DNA of 64,000 bases from an uncultured delta proteobacterium (GTDB lineage: Bacteria; Desulfobacterota; Binatia; UBA9968): positions 256,001-320,000 of the forward strand of contig CAVUVW010000015.1 in assembly GCA_963745035.1 (NCBI GenBank), written 5' to 3'. The first letter of the stretch is position 1. Every line of letters starts with the position of its first letter. A program made the translations under genes and the position numbers. Of the stretch, positions 21,261 to 31,612 are shown piece after piece. The notes below the pieces were generated by a model that made no database searches, was not told the DNA's origin, and worked only from the letters and a program-made list of their open reading frames with translations.

Positions 21261-21288
21261 TTCGCTTTCCTGCTGAGGCTGATCAAAA

Positions 21289-21363
21289 TGTCATTCTCAG
21301 GCGAAGCCGAAGAATCTGCTTTACATCGTGAAAAACAGATGCTTCGCTTTCGCTCACATGACA
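21289..21363. repeat. Palindromic element TGTCAT...ATGACA family
   Basis: tgtcattctcaggcgaagccgaagaatctg ... cagatgcttcgctttcgctcacatgaca. Confidence 0.72.
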
Positions 21364-21392
21364 CACTCTTAGAAAGAAAACATCGAGAATGC

Positions 21393-21833
21393 TCAGCGAC
21401 CCTTCGCTGACAAAGACTGGTAGCTCACGCCCTCGCCGTTGTCGTTGCTCACCGGCAGTCCCGATGCCGCCCAGCCCGGTGCGCTGACGTTGCCCATTTG
21501 ATCGCGCATGCCGCCGAAGCCGCCGAGCATGTTCGAAACATCCTGAAATCCCGCCTGCTGCAGCATCCCCGCCGCCGCATTGGAGCGCGGTCCGGCCTGG
21601 CAGCCGACGACGATCTTCTTTTCTTTAGGGAAATTCGCTTCTACGACTTTGACAAAGTCGCTGTTCACCATCATCCCACGCGCTGGATCGGGAAAAGCGA
21701 CTGGAATATTCACGGCCCCTTGCGGGTGGCCATTGGCAAATTCCCGTTCCGTGCGCACGTCAATGTAAACGGCATCGGCATTCGCAGCCAGCATTTCGTG
21801 TGCCTGTTGCGGCGTGATTTCTTTGATGGCCAT
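21393..21833 (-). CDS. Cytoplasmic rhodanese-like sulfurtransferase
   Basis: IDVRTEREF..GHP.GAVNIP, VVGCQAGPRS active loop, W..SGLP; GAGG RBS before ATG 21833. Confidence 0.9.
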   Translation of the reverse strand: MAIKEITPQQAHEMLAANADAVYIDVRTEREFANGHPQGAVNIPVAFPDPARGMMVNSDFVKVVEANFPKEKKIVVGCQAGPRSNAAAGMLQQAGFQDVSNMLGGFGGMRDQMGNVSAPGWAASGLPVSNDNGEGVSYQSLSAKGR

Positions 21834-21844
21834 AAAGACCTCAC

Positions 21845-21928
21845 TGGGGTGATGGAGTACTGGAGTATTGGAGTATTGGGCGGTCCGGAGCAGCACTCCA
21901 TTACTCCAACACTCCATTCATCCATTCC
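21845..21928. repeat. Inverted array of 8-bp TGGAGTRN repeats (second copy)
   Basis: tggagtac tggagtat tggagtat ... gcactcca ttactcca acactcca. Confidence 0.85.
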
Positions 21929-21931
21929 CTT

Positions 21932-22702
21932 TTACATCCCCATAATATTATAGCCGGCGTCGACGTGCAGCACCTCACCTGTGACGGCGCTGCCCAGGTC
22001 GCTGCACAAGTACAACGCGGTCTTGCCGACTTCTTCAGCGTCGATGTTGCGCTTGAGCGGCGCGCGCTCGGCGACGTGATGCAGCATGGATTTGAAGTCG
22101 GAAATCCCCGCAGCAGCCAGAGTCCGGATCGGCCCTGCGGAGATCGCGTTCACCCGGATGCTCTTCGGTCCCAGATCATGCGCGAGATAGCGCACGCTCG
22201 CTTCGAGCGCCGCCTTTGCCACTCCCATCACATTATAATTAGGTATGACTTTCTCCGAGCCCATATACGTGAGGGTCACGATGGAACCATTGCGGCCTTC
22301 CATGAGCGGCGCCGCTCGCTGCGCCAAAGCAACGAAGGAATAGGCGCTCACATCCATCGCGAGATGAAATCCGGCTCGGCTTGTCTGCGTATACGGATTG
22401 GACAGGTCTTCTTTATTGGCGAAAGCGATGGCATGGACAAGGATGTCCAAGCCGCCCCACTCTTGCTTGAGCGTTGAGAAGACTTTCTCAATCTCTTCAT
22501 CTTTGGTGACGTCGCAGGGCAGGATAATTTTAGAGCCGATGCCTTCGGCGAGCGGCCGAACCCGCTTCTCCAATATTTCTCCGGCAAAAGTGAAAGCCAG
22601 CTCGGCGCCCTCGGCGTGAAACGCCTCCGAGATCGCCCAGGCGATGCTGCGGTCGTTGGCCACGCCGAAAATCGCCGCTTTCTTCCCGTCCAATAACCCC
22701 AT
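21932..22702 (-). CDS. fabI: Enoyl-ACP reductase
   Basis: [42 protein letters not shown]. Confidence 0.97.
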   Translation of the reverse strand: MGLLDGKKAAIFGVANDRSIAWAISEAFHAEGAELAFTFAGEILEKRVRPLAEGIGSKIILPCDVTKDEEIEKVFSTLKQEWGGLDILVHAIAFANKEDLSNPYTQTSRAGFHLAMDVSAYSFVALAQRAAPLMEGRNGSIVTLTYMGSEKVIPNYNVMGVAKAALEASVRYLAHDLGPKSIRVNAISAGPIRTLAAAGISDFKSMLHHVAERAPLKRNIDAEEVGKTALYLCSDLGSAVTGEVLHVDAGYNIMGM

Positions 22703-22763
22703 CAGTGAACCTCCGTCATCTCTACGCTGAACCCGAGCGTGCCCTCCGGTCCTTTTTACCTTT

Positions 22764-23375
22764 TTACTTTTTACTTTTGCCCTTTTCGATCAGTCCTCTT
22801 TGCCAAAGATATTCCTGCTCGCCGGTCTGTTTCGCGATCCAACGCGACAGCACGAAGAACAAATCGCTCAAGCGATTGACGTACTTGAGAACGTCGGGAT
22901 TGACTTCCTCCTCGCGCGATAGCCGCAGGATGTCGCGCTCCGCGCGCCGGCAAACCGTTCGGGACTGGTGCAAGTAGGCGCCGACGCGACCGCCGCCGGG
23001 CAGAACAAAGGACTTGAGCGGCTCGAGATCTTCCTGGCATTTGTCCATCAGCTTCTCCAGGCGATCGATCTCGCCTTCGCTTACCCGATACATGCCTTGC
23101 TGAAAAAACTCCGCCGGGGTTGCGAGCTCGCTGCCGATATCGAAAAGCTGGTCCTGAATTTGACAGAGCACCTCGTCAAGAAATTGATGCGCCTCGCCGG
23201 CGTCAAGGCTCTCTTCGTTGAACACCCGCGCCAAGCCAACGATGGAGTTCAACTCATCGATGGCGCCGTAGGCCTCGATACGCAAGGAATCCTTCGGCAC
23301 TCGTTTTCCGCCGACCAGAGCCGTCTCACCGCGGTCGCCGGTGCGCGTGTAAACTTTAGTGATGCGAATCGCCAT
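22764..23375 (-). CDS. ATP:cob(I)alamin adenosyltransferase, PduO type
   Basis: [46 protein letters not shown]. Confidence 0.95.
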   Translation of the reverse strand: MAIRITKVYTRTGDRGETALVGGKRVPKDSLRIEAYGAIDELNSIVGLARVFNEESLDAGEAHQFLDEVLCQIQDQLFDIGSELATPAEFFQQGMYRVSEGEIDRLEKLMDKCQEDLEPLKSFVLPGGGRVGAYLHQSRTVCRRAERDILRLSREEEVNPDVLKYVNRLSDLFFVLSRWIAKQTGEQEYLWQRGLIEKGKSKK

Positions 23376-23385
23376 AACCTAAACT

Positions 23386-23465
23386 AATTGAGAATTGAGA
23401 ATGGAGAAATGATAATACGGCGGCCACTAGTCTTGGTTTTCGTTCCCATTGTCAATTATTCATTC
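23386..23465. repeat. Inverted array of degenerate 7-bp repeats (ATTGAGA / TCAATTA)
   Basis: attgaga attgaga atggaga aatgata ... attgtcaattattcatt. Confidence 0.55.
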
Positions 23466-24834
23466 AGTTCTTTTGTGCCCGGCTTCTCCAGATCAGGTAG
23501 GCAGGAATTCCCAGGCAGACGATGAAGAGCCCGATCAGAGACTCTTTCGGTTTTTCAGTCACCGATCCCCAAACGATCCACAGATGAACCAGTATAAAGA
23601 GCAACGGCACGATAGGATAGCCCCACAGCCGATACGGCCGCTTGATGTCAGGCTTCTTCCAGCGGAGCACGATCACCGAGCCGACGGTGAACGCGGAGAA
23701 GAGCGTGATCACCACGCTCACGTAGGTGAACAACGTGCCCCACGTGTTGGTAAGAATCAGCAGACAACTCCACAGTGCCTGCAGCATGATCGCTTTAGTC
23801 GGCGTGCCGAACGTTGGATGCACGTAGGTCAGGCGCTGAAAGAAGACGCCGTCCTTGGCCATGGCGTAGTAGATTCGCGGCCCGATCATCGTCACCACGT
23901 TGAGTGCGCCGAGAATGGAGACAGTAATGATGGCGGTAATCCACGCGGAGGTCTTGTAGCCGAACAACGCCGTGGTGGCGACTTCGGACATCCGCAGCGC
24001 GCCTTTCATCTCGGTCACGGGCACCGCGTAAATGTAAACCGCGTTGATCGCCAGATAGAGCACCATCACGATCAATACGCCGTAGAGAAGCGCGCGCGGT
24101 AAATTTTCGTCCGGATCTTTTACTTCTCCGGCGATATAGGTTACGGCGTTCCACCCGGAGTACGCGAAGATCACCGGAATGAACGCCGCGCCAAACAAGC
24201 TGAAGTTGCCGATCTTTTCCCAGTCGAAGAGCGGCTCGAAGTGGCTTGTGCTGCCTTTGCCGAAAAAGAACCCCAGAATGATGATTCCCAAGAGCGCGCC
24301 GATCTTCAAGATCGTCAAAATGTTTTGGGTGAGAGTTCCCTGCTTCACGCCCAGACAGTGGAGCCCGGACAAAAGCAGCACCACCGCCATCGAGAAAAAC
24401 ATGCCCACAGTGGCGTTGATCGGAATAAACGGAAGCGGAATCGAAAAAATCACATCTTGAGAGCCCAGCGCGGGGATAAAGAACGACACGAACCCATTCA
24501 AGATAACCGCAAGAAATGCGATGGCGCCGGAGAACGTCACCAGAAACGAAGACCAGCCGGAGAGAAACCCCATCAACCTGCCGTAGGCCTCGCGGATATA
24601 AATGTAGTCGCCGCCGGCGTAGGGGAAGCTCGCAGACAACTCAGCGCAAGTAAGAGCGCCGGCCAGCGCAAGCAGTCCGCCGAACAACCACACGAGCAAG
24701 ACGCCGCCAGGCGTCGGCAAGGTCTCCGCGATCGCACCGGTGGAGATAAAAATTCCGGTGCCGATCATATCGCCGGCGATCACCATCACCGCCGAGAACA
24801 ACCCGATTTGCCGCTTGAGTTCCTGTTGCGCCAT
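23464..24834 (-). CDS. APC-family amino acid permease
   Basis: LKRQIG, IGTGIF, AELSASFPYAGGDY, FAYSGW, GEVKDP..NLPRA, RPYR. Confidence 0.93.
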   Translation of the reverse strand: MAQQELKRQIGLFSAVMVIAGDMIGTGIFISTGAIAETLPTPGGVLLVWLFGGLLALAGALTCAELSASFPYAGGDYIYIREAYGRLMGFLSGWSSFLVTFSGAIAFLAVILNGFVSFFIPALGSQDVIFSIPLPFIPINATVGMFFSMAVVLLLSGLHCLGVKQGTLTQNILTILKIGALLGIIILGFFFGKGSTSHFEPLFDWEKIGNFSLFGAAFIPVIFAYSGWNAVTYIAGEVKDPDENLPRALLYGVLIVMVLYLAINAVYIYAVPVTEMKGALRMSEVATTALFGYKTSAWITAIITVSILGALNVVTMIGPRIYYAMAKDGVFFQRLTYVHPTFGTPTKAIMLQALWSCLLILTNTWGTLFTYVSVVITLFSAFTVGSVIVLRWKKPDIKRPYRLWGYPIVPLLFILVHLWIVWGSVTEKPKESLIGLFIVCLGIPAYLIWRSRAQKN

Positions 24835-24926
24835 AGCGGATAGCATTACAGATAAATCACGGACCAGGCAACTTGATCGCGCGCGTTCCGGTAGTCTTTC
24901 GGATGTAATTGGAACGAGTAAGAAAT

Positions 24927-25646
24927 ATGGTAGCCTTCTACCCAACGGATTCGATACGGCCTACAGGAGAAATCCCGGTGTTGCTGATCATAATCGTCGC
25001 CGCGCTGGCCTTATGGCCGCGAGGTCTCGCCGCCCAGGAAGCCGTCAAGCGCGATTCACACCAGATGCACCGCCTGCACAGCGATCCGAAGGCGTACATC
25101 GGCGCGCTGGAGGATCCCAAGCGCGATGCGTATCAAAAGCCGCACGAAGTGCTGACCGCGCTTAATCTGAAGGCCGGCGAAGTAATCGCCGATATCGGCG
25201 CCGGCTCAGGCTATTTCACATTCCGGATCGCCCATCATCTCGGTCCCAACGGAAAAGTTTTCGCCGTGGATGTGAGCCCGGACATGATCCGCCATATCAA
25301 CCGGCGCATCCGCGACTTGAAAACAGACAACGTCGTTTCGGTCCTCGCCGATCCGGACGATCCCCTGCTGGCCGAGCAATCGATCAACCGGTTTTTCATC
25401 TGCAACGTATGGCACCACGTCGAGAACCCGACGAAGTACCTTTCAATGATGAAGAAGATGCTCAAGCCCGGCGGCGAGATCGTGATGATCGACTTTCACA
25501 AAAAGGAACTACCGTTCGGCCCGCCGCTGGAAATGAAAATCGCCCGAGAAGATCTGATCAGACAGATGGAAGCCAACGGCTTCCGGCTCATCAAAGAGCA
25601 CACTTTTCTGCCGTACCAGTATTTCCTGGTGTTCGCGCCGAAATGA
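24927..25646 (+). CDS. Class I SAM-dependent methyltransferase, probably exported (start uncertain)
   Basis: IADIGAGSGYF, FAVDV, LKPGGEI; hydrophobic N-terminal segment. Confidence 0.85.
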   Translation: MVAFYPTDSIRPTGEIPVLLIIIVAALALWPRGLAAQEAVKRDSHQMHRLHSDPKAYIGALEDPKRDAYQKPHEVLTALNLKAGEVIADIGAGSGYFTFRIAHHLGPNGKVFAVDVSPDMIRHINRRIRDLKTDNVVSVLADPDDPLLAEQSINRFFICNVWHHVENPTKYLSMMKKMLKPGGEIVMIDFHKKELPFGPPLEMKIAREDLIRQMEANGFRLIKEHTFLPYQYFLVFAPK

Positions 25647-25674
25647 TTGTGCTGCGGCGCAACATGCTCAATCC

Positions 25675-26764
25675 CTACAGTCGGTAGAACTCGCTCGCGT
25701 TCCTGTAAAGGATCGCCTCCTTGTCGTCGTCGGACAAGTCTTCATTCTCGATCAACTCATCGAGCTCATGCCGGCAGGTCTCGCTGTTCACTTCGTGCGG
25801 GAAAGTCCGACGAATACATAAACGGTTCGGCACCGACCATTTTAACCGCAGTGGCAAGCAGCGGCTCCCCGCCTTCGCAGCCGACGAAGATGCGCCGCGC
25901 TTTGATATGTCGAATGATGTATTCGCTGACTTTCTCGCCTGGCTGAAGCTTTAAATAGCCGCCCCGTAGATCGCGCATCACGTGCGATTCGTAGGAGCTG
26001 TCGAAACGCTCGAGGCAAAACAGCAGCCACGCCACCCCGCCTTCGAGAAAACCGAATTTGATCCGCGGAAATTTTTCCAGCAGGCCGTTAAAAACAATCG
26101 ACGCCAAGGAAATCATCTGCCCCAACGGATGCGCGATCGCATGCACCGCGGCGTACGGGTCGAGCCCGTCCATGCCCATGCCGCCGTGCACGCCGCCGTG
26201 GATCGCAACGCAGCAGCCGAAATTGTTGGCGACCTCATATATCGAATGATGGATCTGCGACCCCAGCGGCGGGGCGTGCAGGCTGTTTGAGGGTAATACC
26301 GCGCCGCACATCCCGAGTTTGGTAACCGCACGGTCAAGCTCTTCCGCCGCGGCCGTTGGATTCAACACGGGCTGCGGCAGCAACGCCAAGCCGCGAAAAC
26401 GCGGGCTCTGCTGTAGATATGTTTCGTGCAGCCAGTCGTTGTATGCGCGCGCAGCGTCGATGGCCCAATCGGGATTGACGATGTTCGACGAACCAACGCC
26501 TGCGGTGGGGTAAAGCACCGTGCTCTCGAGACCTACGTCGTCCAAAAACCCCAGCCACTCCTTCGGTCCCACTTTCCGATTGAAGGCGCCCTCGGGCATG
26601 TCCACCAGATGCGCAGCATGCAGATGATCGAAGGGTGGGAACGGATGGAACGGTTGCACACGAGCCTTCGCGCGATAGGCTTCGGGCATGCGGGCGATGA
26701 TCGCCTGCCCATCTTCCGCGACATGTCCGTCGGCATCGATGATTCGTCGAGTTTTTGCCGCCAT
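25675..26764 (-). CDS. Amidohydrolase-2 family protein (frameshift near 25800)
   Basis: IIDADGHV, VLYPT, AYNDWL, VAIHGG, FLEGGVAW, YSSDFP(HE). Confidence 0.9.
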
Positions 26765-26915
26765 TTTCGCGCCTCCTTTTCTCCGACGTCTTTCCCCTCA
26801 AGGAAGGACTGAGAAAGGAATAGCAAAGATGACAATTCACAAGCAATGGATTTCGTGATTGCATCGATCAGTTACGCCATCATATAGAACGAGAAACGGA
26901 TCCGAGGATAAATTT

Positions 26916-27848
26916 ATGAAAATCATGGTCGTGGGTGGCAGCGGCTACATCGGCCGCCACGTGGTGAAAACTTTGGCGGCCCGGGGCGTTGATGTCGTCG
27001 CCTTCGACGTTGCGCCTGCGCCGGCGAATTGGACGCAGCCTCGCGTGCCGTTCATCCAAGGCAACATGGCCAATCTCGAAGAAGTCATGGCCGCCGTCGT
27101 CGACCACGGCGTGCAGCGGATGGTTGCACTCGGCTATTTCATGACGCCGCTGCTCGCGCCCGAGTGCCGCGACCTTCTCAATGCCGCGCGCGTGAATATC
27201 ATCGGCGTGACGAATCTTTTCGAAGCCGCGCGCCTCGCCCGGCTCGATCGGGTCATCTTCGCCAGCACCGTGGGAACGTTTGGCTACCAAGATGGTTATG
27301 GGTCGGAACCGATCAACGAAAACACCGAAGCCCGCGCGCCGAAAAGCCTCTACGGTCTGATGAAGCTGCTCAACAACGGATTGGCGGAGCGCTACGCGAA
27401 AACCTTCGGCATCCAGATCGTCAAAGTTCACTCCACGGCGGTCATCGGCCCCGGCAACACGGCCTTCTCGCGCCAGATGATTCAACAGCCCGCGCTGGGC
27501 AAACCGGGCTATGCTAACTGGCCCTCTGCCGCGCCGCGCAATATCGTCGGCGTCGCCGACATCGCCGAGCTCTACGCCAAGATCGCCCTCGCCGATCAGG
27601 TGAAGCACGACGCGTACATGGGCACCGGCCCTGCACCCACCGGCCGCGAAATCGCGGACATCGTGATCAAATACTTGCCCGGCGCCGAAATCAGCTTCGA
27701 CGAGAAGGCGCGGATTCCTGCCTGGAACTTCGACAACTCGCGTGCGGTGAAAGAATTCGCCTGGAAGATTCAATCGGTGGAAGAAATGATTTTGGATGAG
27801 ATCAACGGAACGCGAGCAGCCGCGGGGCTTGCGCCTGTGAGTGGATGA
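26916..27848 (+). CDS. NAD-dependent epimerase/dehydratase (extended SDR)
   Basis: VGGSGYIG, FAST, YGLMK. Confidence 0.9.
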   Translation: MKIMVVGGSGYIGRHVVKTLAARGVDVVAFDVAPAPANWTQPRVPFIQGNMANLEEVMAAVVDHGVQRMVALGYFMTPLLAPECRDLLNAARVNIIGVTNLFEAARLARLDRVIFASTVGTFGYQDGYGSEPINENTEARAPKSLYGLMKLLNNGLAERYAKTFGIQIVKVHSTAVIGPGNTAFSRQMIQQPALGKPGYANWPSAAPRNIVGVADIAELYAKIALADQVKHDAYMGTGPAPTGREIADIVIKYLPGAEISFDEKARIPAWNFDNSRAVKEFAWKIQSVEEMILDEINGTRAAAGLAPVSG

Positions 27849-27960
27849 TAACGGCTGCGCTATCAAGCTTGACCATCAGCCGACCGCGGATACGAGCCGA
27901 TATGATGGACATTTCGCTTCGGCTATCGTATGGGAGTTGAGACCCGAGAGAAAAGGAACC

Positions 27961-28638
27961 ATGAGTCTCGACGACATCAAACAAGACATCGTCACCGCCA
28001 GCCATATTCTCCACCGGCAAGGCATCGCCGCGGCCTTCGGCCACGTCAGCGCGCGCATTCCCGGCACCGACACTTTCATTTTTCCGCCGCGCATGAGTCC
28101 GGCGCTGGTGCGCAAAGACAACCTGCTCGTGCTCGACGTCGACGGCAATCAGCTTTCCGGCGACGGCCGGCCGAACACCGAATTTTGGATTCATGCGAGG
28201 ATTTACAAAGCCCGGCCCGATGTCCAATCCGTCTGCCACGTTCATCCGCCGAGCTGCGTCGTCTTAGGCTCGCTTGGTGAAACTATCCGCCCGCTGCACG
28301 CCTCCGGCGCAATCTTCAGAAACGACGTGCAGGTTTTCGATGCGATCACCTTGATTCGCACGCGCGAGCTCGGCGACCAAGTCGCATCGACCCTCGGCCG
28401 GCACGGCGCCATGCTCCTGCGCGGCCACGGCGTCAACGTCGCGGACAAAGATGTCCGGCGGGTGTGCGTGATGACGCTGTGGATGGAGGAGGCGGCCAAT
28501 TATCAACTGCGCGCGATGGCGGCGGGAAAACCGCGTTACTTTTCGCCGGCGGAGTTGGAAGTCATCTATCCTCAGGTCGCCGGCGAAGAGGTGTCGAACC
28601 GCGCCTGGGATTATTTCAGCAGCCGGCTGGATGACTGA
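27961..28638 (+). CDS. Class II aldolase/adducin family protein
   Basis: GHVSAR, EFWIH..IY..RPDV, HVHPP, LLRGHG. Confidence 0.92.
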   Translation: MSLDDIKQDIVTASHILHRQGIAAAFGHVSARIPGTDTFIFPPRMSPALVRKDNLLVLDVDGNQLSGDGRPNTEFWIHARIYKARPDVQSVCHVHPPSCVVLGSLGETIRPLHASGAIFRNDVQVFDAITLIRTRELGDQVASTLGRHGAMLLRGHGVNVADKDVRRVCVMTLWMEEAANYQLRAMAAGKPRYFSPAELEVIYPQVAGEEVSNRAWDYFSSRLDD

Positions 28639-28674
28639 ACGTAAGTTGAACAAGTCGCAATCTCGGGAGGAACT

Positions 28675-29358
28675 ATGACCCTGAACCACGCAGCGCTCCG
28701 CCAGGCCGTGATCGACAGCGCAAATTTTTTAGTTCGAATCGGCGCCATTTCCATGAGTCACCACGGCAACTTCAGCGTGCGGGTGCCGAACACCGACACG
28801 ATACTTCTCACCGCAACCAGCTCGTTCGATAACCTGAAACCGGAGAATCTTGCGCTGCTTGACCTCGACGGCCGCCTGATCGAAGGAGAGATCAATCCGA
28901 CCAACGCCGAGATCGTGCATATGCACGCGATCGTATACAAGGAACGGCCGGCCACCGGCGCAGTGGTGCACACGCACTCCACCTACGCGACCAGCTTCGC
29001 GCTGGCAAGCCGCGCGCTCGGGTGTTCCTATGAGGCTTTGGTGCGCCAGGACATGACCGACGGCGTCCCGCTGGCGAAGTACGGCCCGCGCGGCTCCAGC
29101 GAATCGATCGCCAATATCGCCGACGCCCTGCGCGCCACGAAAAACACCAAAGCGGTGCTCTTGGAAAACCACGGCGTGCTCGCCTTCGGTAATGATCCCG
29201 CCGCCGCGGCGCGGGCGAATCTGATCGTCGAAGAAGCGGCGCAGATGGCGATCTTCGCCGAAGTGCTCGGCGGTGCGAAACCGATTCCGTCGGAGCTGCT
29301 CAAAGCGACGGTCGGTCGCAGAGACGAATTCGCCCGCGAAGGTATTCGGCGGGCGTAG
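28675..29358 (+). CDS. Class II aldolase/adducin family protein (second)
   Basis: GNFSVR, E..HMH..Y, VVHTHS, LLENHG. Confidence 0.92.
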   Translation: MTLNHAALRQAVIDSANFLVRIGAISMSHHGNFSVRVPNTDTILLTATSSFDNLKPENLALLDLDGRLIEGEINPTNAEIVHMHAIVYKERPATGAVVHTHSTYATSFALASRALGCSYEALVRQDMTDGVPLAKYGPRGSSESIANIADALRATKNTKAVLLENHGVLAFGNDPAAAARANLIVEEAAQMAIFAEVLGGAKPIPSELLKATVGRRDEFAREGIRRA

Positions 29359-29365
29359 TAATAAC

Positions 29366-29393
29366 GTAGGGGCGACCGGCCGGTCGCCCCTAC
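29366..29393. repeat. GTAG-type REP-like perfect palindrome (28 bp)
   Basis: GTAGGGGCGACCGG-CCGGTCGCCCCTAC. Confidence 0.85.
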
Positions 29394-29432
29394 CGCGACA
29401 AATACTGACTACTATTCGAAAGGAACGTAACG

Positions 29433-30297
29433 ATGGAACTCAACTCGACAGAAAAACGCAAAGCGCTCCGCGCCATGATGCAGGAATCTGTTTGCCACCT
29501 GGCGCCGAGCTGCAACGATGGCATTCAAGCCCGTTTGGTTGAATGGCTCGGCTTTCCACTCGTGCATATTTCCGGCAGCGGGCAGCACCGCGCTCTCGGC
29601 TTTGCCGACGCCGGCTTGCTCACCTTGACGGAGATGGTCAACCGCGCCCGCGAGATCTCCGATGCCGTAAATATTCCCATCGTCAGCGATGCCGAAACCG
29701 GCTACGGCAACGCCGTCAATGTGGCGCGCGCGGTTCGCGAATTCGAAAACACCGGCGTCGCCGCGCTGCACATCGAAGACCAGATGACGCCCAAACGCGC
29801 GGGCCACGAAGGATTCGACGTCGGTCTGGTGTCCAAGGCGGAGTTCGTCAACAAGATCAAAGCGGCCGTCGATACCCGGCGCGATGAAAACTTGGTGATC
29901 ATCGCGCGCTCCGAAGCCAAGGATTCCTTGCAGGAACGGCTCGACCGCGACCGCTGCGTGCATCGAGGCGGGCGCCGACGCCGCTTGGGTGAGCGCGCGA
30001 TCGGAAGACGACGTCAAAGCCTATGCCAAGCTGGGCAAACCGATGGTCGGCGTGCCGCCGCGGCAAGCGATGCCGGTACAGCGCTGGGGTGAGCTCGGCG
30101 GCCGGGTCGGTTGCATTCCGACCGTCCTGCAGGTCGCGGCGCTGCACGGCATGCGCCAGTGTTTGGAGGAATTGAAACGAAGCGGCACCGAAGCCGCCTA
30201 TTTCAAAAACACGGCGGGTATCGAAGATACTCGTAAATGGTACGCCAACATGGGCAACGAGGAGCTGAAAGCGTTGGAAAAAAAGTACGGCTATTAA
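29433..30297 (+). CDS. Isocitrate lyase/PEP mutase superfamily protein (frameshift near 29950)
   Basis: GFADAGLLT, IVSDAETGYG, HIEDQ..PKRAGH, IIARSE. Confidence 0.9.
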
Positions 30298-30300
30298 ACC

Positions 30301-30328
30301 GTAAGGGCGGGTTTCAAACCCGCCCTAC
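30301..30328. repeat. REP-like palindrome
   Basis: GTAAGGGCGGGTTT-C-AAACCCGCCCTAC. Confidence 0.8.
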
Positions 30329-30339
30329 TGGAATACCCG

Positions 30340-31419
30340 ATGAAGTTCGCCCACTTTTCTCACGTCTGGAACAAGCCGGGCATGACTGCGGCGGCGCGCT
30401 ATGACCAGCTCTGGCGCGAGCTGGCGCTTGCCGACGAATCAGACTTCGACTTTGCGTTTTGTGTCGAGCACCACTTCAATCCCAACGAGAGCTGGATGCC
30501 GTCGCCGTCGATCTACTGCGCCGCAGCGGCGGCGCGCACCAAACGGCTGCGCATCGGCACAATGGGCAATGTCGTGCCGCTCTACGATCCTCTAAGGATC
30601 GTAGAGGATGCGGCGGTGCTGGACAACTTAGCGAACGGCCGGTTCGAGCTCGGTCTGGTTTCGGGCATCGTGCCGGACTTTTTCGGACCCTACCGCGCCG
30701 ATTTCCAAAATCGCCGCGCACTCACTCATGAAGCGCTGCTGTTCATCAAAAAGGCGCTCTCCAGTGACGCGGCGTTTAGCTTCACAGGGGAATCGCGCCA
30801 GTATGAAAACGTCACCCTCGGAGTGAAGCCGCTACAAAAACCCCATCCGCCGATCTGGATGCACTCGCGCGACGCCGACACGCTCGCATTGCTCGCGCGT
30901 GAAGGCGTCCACACAGGTTATCTGTTCTTGGTGCCGCGCGGCGAGGTCGCGCCGCGCTATCGGGAATATTTGCGTCTGTGGAAAGAAGCGGGTCACACAT
31001 ATTCCCCGGACATCGGCTACTGGATTCTCGTCTATGTCGACGAGACCGACGCCAAAGCGATAGAAAAGGCGAAGTCGCAATTCGAATATTGCTTCACCCA
31101 CGTCTTCGGCACCCGTGCCGACGGCGGAGTCGGCTACAAAAGGCTGGCGGAGAATCATCTCAAACGCGGTAATCCAGGCGGCGCCGAGATTGCGCTGCAC
31201 TCCATCGATGTGGAATATCTCACTGCGCGCAAGCTGGCCTTCGTTGGCTCGCCGGCAAGCGTGGTCGAGCAAATCAAGAGCGCCGCGGAAGAAGGCGTGT
31301 TTAATACGGTTCTGGGCGAGTTCAATTTCGGCGCCATGGCCGAGGAAGATGTGATGCGCTCGATCCGACTTTTTAGCAGTGAAGTCATACCTGCTCTTAG
31401 AAATTTCCAGCCGTATTAG
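30340..31419 (+). CDS. LLM-class flavin-dependent oxidoreductase (luciferase-like)
   Basis: EHHF, RTKRLRIGT, DPLRIVED...LD....GR, KPLQKPHPPIW, LFSSEVIP. Confidence 0.93.
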   Translation: MKFAHFSHVWNKPGMTAAARYDQLWRELALADESDFDFAFCVEHHFNPNESWMPSPSIYCAAAAARTKRLRIGTMGNVVPLYDPLRIVEDAAVLDNLANGRFELGLVSGIVPDFFGPYRADFQNRRALTHEALLFIKKALSSDAAFSFTGESRQYENVTLGVKPLQKPHPPIWMHSRDADTLALLAREGVHTGYLFLVPRGEVAPRYREYLRLWKEAGHTYSPDIGYWILVYVDETDAKAIEKAKSQFEYCFTHVFGTRADGGVGYKRLAENHLKRGNPGGAEIALHSIDVEYLTARKLAFVGSPASVVEQIKSAAEEGVFNTVLGEFNFGAMAEEDVMRSIRLFSSEVIPALRNFQPY

Positions 31420-31464
31420 CATAGCGTGTCTGAACTCAATAATGGCTGTGCGATGCTAGACGAC

Positions 31465-31560
31465 AAATCTCCCCTGCCCCTCTTTTCAAAAGAGGGGTTC
31501 GAGAAATTCGCCCCATGATTGACATCCCCCTTTTTTGCTAAAGGGGGATTGAGGGGATTT
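31465..31560. repeat. Double-hairpin palindromic element (CCCCTCTTTT/AAAAGAGGGG; TCCCCCTTT/AAAGGGGGA)
   Basis: Two hairpins enclosed by AAATCTCCC/GGGGATTT ends, between convergent genes; may also terminate transcription. Confidence 0.75.
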
Positions 31561-31612
31561 GCGACCTTAATGAGTACAAAACCGGCGAAGGCTCGTTTCG
31601 AAACAACGAGCA

